A stretch of DNA of 64,000 bases, from positions 33,253 through 97,252 of the forward strand of contig PFDI01000001.1 in NCBI GenBank assembly GCA_002772695.1. Reading direction: 5' to 3'. Origin of the DNA: Candidatus Pacebacteria bacterium CG10_big_fil_rev_8_21_14_0_10_44_54. Its GTDB lineage: Bacteria; Patescibacteriota; Microgenomatia; UBA1400; PJMF01. The translations under genes were made by a program, and so were the position numbers. Positions 18,834 to 27,600 of the stretch are shown in pieces; within the stretch, counting starts at the first letter, position 1; the number at the start of each line of letters is the position of its first letter. Under the pieces are notes generated by a model. The model was not told the DNA's origin, did no database searches, and saw only the letters and a program-made list of their open reading frames with translations.

Positions 18834-21800
18834 TTACTTAAAGATATTGGAAAAGTTAATCTGTTTTATTGTTCCGTCTACGATCGCTCTAACCCTTGAT
18901 GACTGTGAAAAACCTGCCTCTAATGCCTCGACTATAGCCTCTTGCTCTTCGTCAAAAAGAGTATTTTGTAATCCGTAAATCCATCTTTTTACCTCATTCA
19001 TCTCCTTGCCATTTCTCAGCTGTAAAATTGCGGAAGCGAAAGCAATTACATGAATCACTGCATCACGCACCTTGTCACCATTAAGAAAACCCGCCAAAAT
19101 CTCGGGGCCAAACTCAGGAAGAGTCGTTACAGCATATTTATCTTTTTTCTTTAATCCAGCAAGTTTTGATCTTGGAACACCTGAGACTGCAAAGGTTTCC
19201 TCTTCGGCTTTCAAAATTCCAGCGAGAAAATCATGAATATTTTTTGCATTATTGTAATAAGCTCTTATATCATCTTGCTGTGGCCTTAATGTAGAAAAAG
19301 GCATTAGTTCGTAATACAGCTCGCCATCCTCACCAACATAATCAGAAAAAGAAACCAGTTTACCTAAGTTGCCGTTCTCTTCAGGAGCGAACCTCTGGAA
19401 GCTCCCATCACCATTTCTTGACATAAAATACTTTAGGGGAGGTTGAAATATAGTAAATTTGCCTTGGTCATCTGGTTTAACGTCAATGAGTGGAAGCTCA
19501 ACAAGATACCAAAATCTATCATACAGCCCCTTCTCTATGAATCGTTCTTCGATTTTGCTTCTAACCTCTGAAGGATTGACTAGATTTGAAATAAATGTTT
19601 CTACAACACCTGACTTACCAACCACCTGCTCTGGAGCATCTAATGCATAATTTTTCTCTGCTCCCAACGCTCCAAAAAGCACTCTTGTTATAAAAGTGTT
19701 GTATCCATGAACTCCTTGTAGAATTTCTTTGTCAAGATAGTCTAACCAACGAAATGCATAAAAAATATTATCCGGAACAAACGAGCTACTCGGCGCCAAC
19801 CAAGCTTGATTCAGAAACAACACATGAAGCAAAAATGCTCGTTTAACGTGGTTCTCATTTATTCTGCTCTGGTATTTTTGATTAGTTCTTTCAGGAAGCG
19901 GGCTGCCTTTGCTTTTGGCAATTACAAGATCTTCTTCAAATTTGTTGTCCAATCTTCTTTGTTCTAATATCAACACCGTACGTCTAATTAAATCCATGTT
20001 GAAGTTCAGAGATTGTCCAGTTAGTCCAAACTCATCTTCATGATCTCCTCGATAAATTGCGTCTAAATGCCTCATAACTTGACCATACGCTGTCACGTTT
20101 ACTTCAACTTCTTTCGGGTTTCTGGTTTCCCAATCAGCCATCACAATCTTCCTCTTCTCCAGAACTGGATTTGTTTCAATTTCCTCTCGGTAAAGAACTT
20201 CTGCTGGTTTTCCCACCACACTAGTTGACCTTCTAATAAATTGTTCCGCTTGCTTTCCCTCAATCGCAAACAGATCGCTAAGAGCAAGGGGAAAGTCTTT
20301 AGGCACAACAGAATCGCCCGATCCCCAACCCATAATTCTTGAATTTACGCTTTGTTCTGTTAGATAAACCACCATTCTGAGACCTAAATCTGTTTTAAAC
20401 TCTTCAAAGTCGGCTACAAATTTAGCAGATTCATCTGGATGAATGGCTCCAACAATCCGACTAACTCTTGCAAAAATTCTCTGACCAAAAATAACATCCT
20501 TTACCTCATTTCCAACCAAGGCGACTGCGCCTTTATCATCACCCTCGTATGCGGTCATAGTATTGTTTGCGCACTCCTTTGTCTTTCGATAATCTGCTTT
20601 CAAAACTAATTGCTCAAGATCATTAATAGCGTTTTTGTCAAAACTCCTATCTCTTGCTTGGCGAATCGATTCGTACAAACTATCAAAAGTTTCCAAAGGA
20701 TTGTCTTCTTTTGTCATTAAGTACGGCGCCTCACTCTCAATTTGAGCAATCCTTAAAGATATATCGGAAACAAATTGCTCAAAATTCTCAATATTCTCAA
20801 GTGCCTTATTTCTTAGGTCTTTAAAAAGAGACTTTGCTCGCTCTATTTCAGCAGACAAAAGTGATGTTGTAGTGCTATCTTGTTTTACAAGAATGAGAAG
20901 TGTGTCAATTGCACTACCCAAGCTTTTCTCACGTTCAACAATACTTTGTTTGTCATAAACACCCACTCTCGCACTAAGAATCGCTTCTGCCTGAGCAGCT
21001 TCGCTTCTTAAAGAGATGATTTCATCTGATGCCTCCAAAATCGTTAAAATTTGGGCTTCTAGTTGAGATTTTGCAGTCAAGTATCCAGTTTTCCCTTTTA
21101 TATAAATTTCATTTAGGTGGTCAATTGCTTCAAGCCTATTTCTGACTGAACTAAAAAAACCATAGTCAAGATCTTCTAAATACCTTGAATAAAGTAGTCT
21201 TGCATCAACAAGTTTTTGCGTTAGATTTATTAATGAGTCAAGGTCGCCCACACTTTGCCCAGAAACTTGACTTAATACTTCAACACAAACTTTTTCTAAA
21301 TCTAAAGCAAAAACTGGGTGATCATCTTTTTTCCAGTTAGCTAAGTCAACGACTCCTACTAATTGAGACTCAATTTGAAACTTACTGTCTATTTCTTGAG
21401 CTACAGAGGAAATTGTTGTTCTAAGCTCAACCGAGACACGCTCATCATATTGAAAGTCTCTTATAGTTGCAAGAATTCTAGCAGCAGCTGAGATATCTTT
21501 TTCATCGATAGCAATCCTTATACTTCTTAGCCTGGATTCAATCAGAGTTTGCAATTGCTTTGGCTGCTCAAAATATTCGGACGCAACATTTCTTTGCTCC
21601 GATACTGCGCTTCCATCGCTAGAAACAAGATTTTTTTCTAAAAACTCTGCTATCAATAAATTTAGCAATCCCTCTTCCTCATAAAGTAGTTGTTCAGTTG
21701 TCCAAATCTCGTCCCCGTCCAGCTCTTGAAAAAATCCAAGAGATGCTGCGCCCGCAATTTCATTAAGCTTGTCAAGAATTACTCCTATTCTTTCTGCAAC

Positions 21801-22058
21801 TTGTTGCTGAATGGACTCAAGCAACTGGCCAATATCGCCCCCAGAAAGAAGTTTTTGTGCTGCTGCTGCTGCTGCAATATATATTCTCTTAGTTTCAGGA
21901 AAATCCGTGAGTCCCTCTACAATTTTCCGTTGTGTTGAGTGATCAGTTGTGAGTTGCAAAGAATTAACGGATGCCTCCAATCGCCGCACAGATTCTTCCA
22001 CCAGTTCTCTGCGATCATACTGTCGATGACCTAATACACCAACTTCATTAGTTTCCAT
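18834..22058 (-). CDS. Large (1074 aa) predicted cytoplasmic, alpha-helical/coiled-coil protein of unknown function, inside the T4SS locus
   Basis: Long uninterrupted ORF with no transmembrane segment and no P-loop. Contains an in-frame Ala6 run from a (GCT)6 repeat. Confidence 0.5.
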   Translation of the reverse strand: METNEVGVLGHRQYDRRELVEESVRRLEASVNSLQLTTDHSTQRKIVEGLTDFPETKRIYIAAAAAAQKLLSGGDIGQLLESIQQQVAERIGVILDKLNEIAGAASLGFFQELDGDEIWTTEQLLYEEEGLLNLLIAEFLEKNLVSSDGSAVSEQRNVASEYFEQPKQLQTLIESRLRSIRIAIDEKDISAAARILATIRDFQYDERVSVELRTTISSVAQEIDSKFQIESQLVGVVDLANWKKDDHPVFALDLEKVCVEVLSQVSGQSVGDLDSLINLTQKLVDARLLYSRYLEDLDYGFFSSVRNRLEAIDHLNEIYIKGKTGYLTAKSQLEAQILTILEASDEIISLRSEAAQAEAILSARVGVYDKQSIVEREKSLGSAIDTLLILVKQDSTTTSLLSAEIERAKSLFKDLRNKALENIENFEQFVSDISLRIAQIESEAPYLMTKEDNPLETFDSLYESIRQARDRSFDKNAINDLEQLVLKADYRKTKECANNTMTAYEGDDKGAVALVGNEVKDVIFGQRIFARVSRIVGAIHPDESAKFVADFEEFKTDLGLRMVVYLTEQSVNSRIMGWGSGDSVVPKDFPLALSDLFAIEGKQAEQFIRRSTSVVGKPAEVLYREEIETNPVLEKRKIVMADWETRNPKEVEVNVTAYGQVMRHLDAIYRGDHEDEFGLTGQSLNFNMDLIRRTVLILEQRRLDNKFEEDLVIAKSKGSPLPERTNQKYQSRINENHVKRAFLLHVLFLNQAWLAPSSSFVPDNIFYAFRWLDYLDKEILQGVHGYNTFITRVLFGALGAEKNYALDAPEQVVGKSGVVETFISNLVNPSEVRSKIEERFIEKGLYDRFWYLVELPLIDVKPDDQGKFTIFQPPLKYFMSRNGDGSFQRFAPEENGNLGKLVSFSDYVGEDGELYYELMPFSTLRPQQDDIRAYYNNAKNIHDFLAGILKAEEETFAVSGVPRSKLAGLKKKDKYAVTTLPEFGPEILAGFLNGDKVRDAVIHVIAFASAILQLRNGKEMNEVKRWIYGLQNTLFDEEQEAIVEALEAGFSQSSRVRAIVDGTIKQINFSNIFK

Positions 22059-22138
22059 ACCCCAAATTATACCCCAGCCAGACCAGGTGTATCAAGCGCC
22101 CAACCACCAACCACAACTGCAGGTATAATCACCCCCAC

Positions 22139-22534
22139 ATGACTTCGCAATCGACCAACACCACTGCTGACGACTGGATTGCTGCCACCGTCCTACGCGG
22201 CGACCAAACTGGCCGTACTATCAACTTCCCTAGCCTCAATCTAGACGCCGCCCTCTGGCCAAAGGCCCTACAGGCACAACCTGGTGTGTATGCTTCGCTC
22301 GTGCAGATTGCAGGCAGGCGGTACAAAGGCGCGCTCTACTACGGCCCAAGGTTAGTAAAAAAAGAAGTACACAACGTGCTTGAGATCCATGTTTTTGATT
22401 TTGCTGAGGAAATCTATGACCAGACAATCGAGTTTCAGATTGGTGCGTTTGTGCGACCACCCCTAGATTTTGACTCGCTCGATGGGCTCAAGCAGCAGTT
22501 GGCGGAGGATGTGGCGAGGGTTGTGGGCTTATAA
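22139..22534 (+). CDS. Monofunctional riboflavin kinase (RibF C-terminal-domain type)
   Basis: GRTINFPSLNL...PGVYASLVQIAGRRYKGALYYGPRLVKKEVHNVLEIHVFDFAEEIYDQTIEFQIGAFVRP matches the riboflavin kinase domain. Only 131 aa, with no FMN-adenylyltransferase domain. Confidence 0.7.
   Translation: MTSQSTNTTADDWIAATVLRGDQTGRTINFPSLNLDAALWPKALQAQPGVYASLVQIAGRRYKGALYYGPRLVKKEVHNVLEIHVFDFAEEIYDQTIEFQIGAFVRPPLDFDSLDGLKQQLAEDVARVVGL
22487..22520. repeat. Direct repeat copy 1 (34 bp) at the 3' end of the riboflavin kinase gene
   Basis: ctcaagcagcagttggcggaggatgtggcgaggg. It matches 23480-23513 at 31 of 34 positions. Confidence 0.8.
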
Positions 22535-23116
22535 CAAGTGGCGCCAATAATTACCCCTGTCGACCTGTTCAACAGTGCTTCCCGGATATGCGTTCAAGAA
22601 ATCTCGAGGTATTTTTGCAGTTCGTTTTGAACTCCACTTGAACTCAAAGCCTGAAAGCTTTCCGTCTCGTTCTTCAATATAATCTATTTCTTTTTGGTCA
22701 TATGTACGCCAGAAATAGCGATTGCTGAAAATTCTAGAGTGGTTAGCTTTTTTTAGAAACTCAACCACGCAAAAATTTTCCCACAGCACGCCCACATCAT
22801 TGCGCAGCGACAGTGGTGCAAATGCCTGCAAAAGTGCGTTTCTCGCCCCCACATCATAAAAGTAAATCTTCTGTGTTTTGCCGACTTCTTTCCGCAGATT
22901 GCGACTAAATCCGCTCAAAGTAAAAACGACAAACGCTTGCTCTAACACAGAGATATACGACTGTACAGTTCTTCTATCAATACCGATAATTGTTCCTAGC
23001 TCTGCGTATGAAACCTCATTGCCGACTTGCAACGCTAACAGTCGCAACAAATCAATTATCACTTTAGAGCGCTTAACACCCAGATACATCAGTGCGTCTT
23101 TGTAATTGTGACGCAA
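22529..23116 (-). pseudogene. Truncated DUF4143 paralog. It is C-terminal-domain only and lacks the AAA/P-loop half.
   Basis: LLRLLALQVGNEVSYAELGTIIGIDRRTVQSYISVLEQAFVVF...KIYFYDVGARNALL aligns with the C-terminal half of the 15599-16759 protein. No Walker A is present. Confidence 0.5.
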
Positions 23117-23119
23117 ATA

Positions 23120-23527
23120 TCAAATAAACCTCAATTGTAATTTTTTATCCATCGCAGATGCAAGCGAAAGCAGTGTGCTAATCGTCGGGTTATAACTGCC
23201 TGACTCAATCTTTGTAATTGTTGTTCTTGGCATAGCAGCTTTTTGCGCCAACTCCGCCTGGGTTAAGCCCAGCTGCTTTCTCAGATCGCGCAATTGCAAA
23301 AGCAAGTCATATCTATAGACCTCATTTGCAACGCGTTCTTCTTGAATTGGGGTAAAATGACCAAATACCTCCGCTAGCGAAATGGCACTCTTCTTTACGG
23401 TTTTCTTCACTAGTAAATTGTTCCTTAAAAAGAACATTTTGTCAAGAACGCGTAAATTGGTGTCTATAAACTTGCAGAACTCAAGCGGCAGTTGGCGGAG
23501 GATGTGGAGAAGGCTAAACCAACCCAA
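23120..23527 (-). CDS. XRE-family helix-turn-helix transcriptional regulator. True start is likely internal, near 23437.
   Basis: C-terminal HTH LRKQLGLTQAELAQKAAMPRTTITKIESGSYNPTISTLLSLASAM. Confidence 0.55.
   Translation of the reverse strand: MGWFSLLHILRQLPLEFCKFIDTNLRVLDKMFFLRNNLLVKKTVKKSAISLAEVFGHFTPIQEERVANEVYRYDLLLQLRDLRKQLGLTQAELAQKAAMPRTTITKIESGSYNPTISTLLSLASAMDKKLQLRFI
23480..23513. repeat. Direct repeat copy 2 (34 bp). It encodes a remnant riboflavin-kinase C-terminal peptide in the same frame as the downstream EamA gene.
   Basis: ctcaagcggcagttggcggaggatgtggagaagg. The frame reads ...ELKRQLAEDVEKAKPTQDKKTSHY-stop, parallel to the RibK end ...DGLKQQLAEDVARVVGL. Confidence 0.8.
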
Positions 23528-23659
23528 GATAAAAAAACATCACACTACTAGAAACAATCATCTGTTCAAGCTACACTACAACTTCTGAAGTTCAAACAAC
23601 CGCTCCCCACCGGCTCGCTGCTGATCGTCCTCGCCGCAACGCTCTGGGCGCTGGATGGG

Positions 23660-24502
23660 TTGCTCAGAAGAAGCCTCTACTCACTGCCGCCTATTACCAT
23701 CGTTTTTCTCGAGACACTCATCGGTAGTATTATTCTGTTGCCTGTTTTTGTCCGCCAGCTAAACAAAGAAAAAATCACCCGGCTCGGCCTGGTTCAGGCA
23801 GCGGCGGTGGCTCTCCTCAGTGGTTTGCTTGGCACACTCTGGTTTACGGCTGCGCTGGTTAAGGTCAACTTTATTTCGCTCAGTGTGGTGTTTTTGCTGC
23901 AGAAACTCCAACCACTGTTTGCCATTTCCACTGCGCGGATTTTCCTCAGAGAATCACTGCCAAAATCATTTGTTATTTGGGCCGGAGTCGCCTTGGTGGC
24001 TGCCTATTTTGTCACCTTCCCAGGCGGAGTAGTGAACCTCAACACTGGCGCTGGCACTGCGCACGCTGCCCTCTTGGCCCTGGGTGCCGCGGCGGCTTGG
24101 GGCTCAAGCACAACACTGTCAAAATCTCTGCTTACCAAACAATCTGGTGCCATGAGCACCAGCTTGCGCTTTTTTATTACTACCGCTCTGGCTGGTGGTG
24201 CGCTGTTACTATTTGGACAATCGTCGAGCATTGCTCAAGTCACTCCGCCACAAATAGGCATGCTCACGCTTATCGCAGTCTCGACTGGCATGGTGGCTCT
24301 CTACATCTACTACCAAGGACTCAAGCGGACGCAAGCTAAAGTAGCAACTATTCTAGAGCTTACCTTTCCGCTACTGGCAATTGTTATTGATGCGTTTGTC
24401 TACAAAATCTTCCTCTCGCCAATCCAACTCATTGCTGCTGTAGTATTGCTGTTTGCGATACTGCGGGTGGGGAAAACAAAATTGTTCTTTGATGACTGCT
24501 GA
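23660..24502 (+). CDS. EamA/DMT-family transporter (10 transmembrane segments)
   Basis: Two EamA-like halves of hydrophobic helices. The frame is open upstream to the stop at 23549-23551 (LIVLAATLWALDG...), so the real start is uncertain (TTG 23660 or earlier). Confidence 0.6.
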   Translation: MLRRSLYSLPPITIVFLETLIGSIILLPVFVRQLNKEKITRLGLVQAAAVALLSGLLGTLWFTAALVKVNFISLSVVFLLQKLQPLFAISTARIFLRESLPKSFVIWAGVALVAAYFVTFPGGVVNLNTGAGTAHAALLALGAAAAWGSSTTLSKSLLTKQSGAMSTSLRFFITTALAGGALLLFGQSSSIAQVTPPQIGMLTLIAVSTGMVALYIYYQGLKRTQAKVATILELTFPLLAIVIDAFVYKIFLSPIQLIAAVVLLFAILRVGKTKLFFDDC

Positions 24503-24602
24503 TTGCTCTGGATTTCTATCTCGATCGTGCCGTTTTTCGTCTGAGAAATGATTACTTTGGCGTGATCGAGCTTCAGGGCTCGACGCAGTGCAATGGGGTT
24601 TG

Positions 24603-24631
24603 CATTAGATTTTTATTTTCCCATTAGATTT
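24603..24631 (+). promoter_or_regulatory. Two direct 10-bp repeats CATTAGATTT, spaced 19 bp apart, upstream of the giant gene. A TATAAT -10 follows at 24661-24666.
   Basis: gCATTAGATTTttattttccCATTAGATTTcgc, then cacgTATAATcacaaggtATG. Confidence 0.3.
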
Positions 24632-24674
24632 CGCATTTCCTGTCATCCCCCACAACCACGTATAATCACAAGGT

Positions 24675-27600
24675 ATGGCGGATTCTGATAGAGATCAAAC
24701 TACCACAACAACGGGATCTGATTTAAAAGACCAAGCTCGACAAGCATTTGGCTCGATTTTTTCATCAGCAAACATCATTCCACTCGACAAGGTTAAGCGC
24801 CTTGGTGTGTATAGGCCAGAAGAACGACCGCAGCTGGCAGCTGTCTTTGATCGACTCACCAAATTTATAAATGCACAGTATCGCTTGATAGATAACCAAA
24901 AAATAATCATTAGGTTGCTCGATCAAGGCGCGGTAGAGTTAACTACCGAAGACCAGCGACAATACAGTGAAGTACCAGAAGCAGAGCGACGCACTCGCCT
25001 CTTTATGGCCGACCTCATTCAGCTTGCCAGTGACATCGGTAAAACACTCTGGAGCTGGGAACAAAGCGAACAATTGCGCGAATTTGGCGAGGTTGATGAG
25101 TGGTATTGGCTCAAAGAGCTCGGCGAAGAGGCTGGTACTAACCAGATTTCAAATTTTTTTGCTAAAGAAAAAATTGCCAAACTGCAACGCGAGCTCTTCG
25201 CTGATATTTGGCATGCATTCAAAGTCGGCGAACCAGAACCAACTGACGAACCAGCGGCAGCTGTCCCCGATGCTTCTGGCGCTACAGTCCCTGGCGAAAA
25301 ACTCGAAGCAATAACAGCTGCCTATGCTGCGAGTGGTAAGGGAGGAGATTCCGACGCTCAAACAGATACAAGCGAAACAGTGACGGCCAAAGAAAGAACT
25401 CCTGCAGAGGAGCTTGGTATTAGAGAGCGGCAAATAGAGCAACAAACCCTACTTATCAAACTACAACAAGAACTCTTTGAAAATATTGTTGGGGACCTAA
25501 CCACAAAAGAGATCGATCAGATGTGGAGTGATCTCGAACCTGGTTTGATCGCAGAAATTACTGATTTTTTTGCTACTCACCCCGAATTGCGAGAAAAGTT
25601 GGCTGTGGCATCGGCTGGTGACAGTCTAGTTCGAAGCGAAATTTATCAACAATTTTTACTTGCTTTACACACAAATGCAAATCTTATAAATAGGTTGACG
25701 CAAATGTATACAGCAGCCAGCGACCGAGCGGTGGTTGTCGGCCCTAATCGAGCTGTTGAACTAGAAAAAAGCCTCAAGCAAGCTGTAGATATTCTCGGAG
25801 AGAACCAAGTTTCGCGGATTATCTCTCATATTGAACAAACAGCGACAATTGCCCAAATCCCCAAGACAAAACCTGCTCCAATTACTACCGAAGCTTCGCC
25901 GCTTGACCAACAAGTATTGCTAGAACCCGAGAGCAAACTGCAGAAGTCTGCTTTTGAGTACCTCACTTCACACGCAGAGTACGAAATATTTCGCAAAACG
26001 CGCATTTTTTTGCACCAGCTTTCGCCAGAGCTTGATCTATCTGCCCAAAACATTCACACAGCGATTGCCGAATTTGCCCGACAAGAGACACTTAGCCTAA
26101 CCACCACCCAACTTCGTTTGGCCCAAGCAGATCCAGCATATCTCAGATCACTTTACGAGCGCTTTGCCAGCAACCTACAGAGACAATATCCAGAAATTAC
26201 CAATTTTCTCATCGACTATGGCTGGTTTATTTCTCAGACAAGCCCCGCTGAGGCAGCCCAGTTTGAACATATCTACCGCAATGGCATTTTGGGCAAAACA
26301 CTGTCTGCCAAAGATGCGCTCAAAACAGAGTTGCAAAATACCCTCAAGGGTGCTGCAACTGCCGTAGTCATCGAAAACACGATCACAACCATCGACGCGA
26401 TGATTCTTGAGTTTGGGGACAAGGCGCCAGAGTTTGTGGAGAGCATATCTATCGATCGACTTGAGCTCGCTTTTGGTCTAGCCAGCGGCACGCTGACAAG
26501 CGAAACAGCTCCGCTCTTTCTGACAACTTTGCGCGGTCAAATGCAGTTGCGTCTCACAGAACTGCGCATGGCTGGTAATCCAGAATTTTTGGCAGCTGGT
26601 GGTTTCCAGGGCGGCGTGCTACCAACCACACCAAAACAAACTGAGACTGTGTTGGCGGCAGTACCACTGTCAAGACAACTGCTAACCACCACACAATCAG
26701 ACACAGAAACAACAATAGCAGCCCTCGGTGCCCCGACGAAGCCTGTTGAAAAAAACCATGCTGCTTGGTGGAGTTCACTGCCCAAGGACGCACAGCTGCA
26801 AGTGTACGCGAAACTCATGGGTTCTGCAGCAGCTGGTGAGTATGCTGCGTTTAGCGCCGTGCCGTTCCCAGATAAATTGTCTGCCTTGAGCAATACTGAG
26901 ATTCGCAAAATGTTGGTTGGAATTTGGTCTGAGTCTCCCCAATTAACGCCAGATCAAACAGCACAATTTCAAACAATTGATCGTGAGCTTGAAACACTCG
27001 ATCGCCTCGTCATTGCACAAGTCAAAACAGCTGAGCTACACAAACAAGTTGTGGCGGCAATCATGCAAGACATCAAGGATGAACAAGCAGCAATAATTGC
27101 TGCTCAACTTGGTCTGCAGGTTGCAGAAAAGGCTTCGGCTCAAGCAACAATTATCGCAGCGGTCAATTCTGGCCAAGCTCCGATTCCAGCTCAAAATCTG
27201 GTAACCATGAATGAAGCACTGGTGCAAGGCGGCTCAAATGCTTTAGTAGGTGCTGATCCGTATGCTAGCAATTTTGCGCAACAATTTGCTGGTCGAGCTG
27301 GTTCGCTTGCGAGCTCGCTGCGATCTGCAGCTATGGAAAAACTCAAAAAAAAGTTGGCAGGCAATCTTTTGAAAGGAGCTGCTACGAAAGCAGGGCTGGC
27401 TGCAACCGGTGTTGGCCTGCCTGCTGCAGCAATTCTCACGCTGCTACAGAATAAAACAGCAAGAAAAATTGTGCTTGGTGGTGGAGCTCTGCTTGTTGCA
27501 AAAACACTATATTCATTGACGACATATGGTGGAGCTCTCGGAGCCATAGCTGGGGGGCTTATTGGAGGACCGATTGGCGCACTGATTGGAGCAAATGTTG

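Noticed and set aside
21861-21879. (GCT)6 trinucleotide microsatellite; possible phase-variation switch
   Set aside because: It lies in-frame inside the 1074-aa ORF, encoding Ala6 on the minus strand. Unit changes would add or remove one Ala and would not shift the frame, so it is unlikely to act as an on/off switch.
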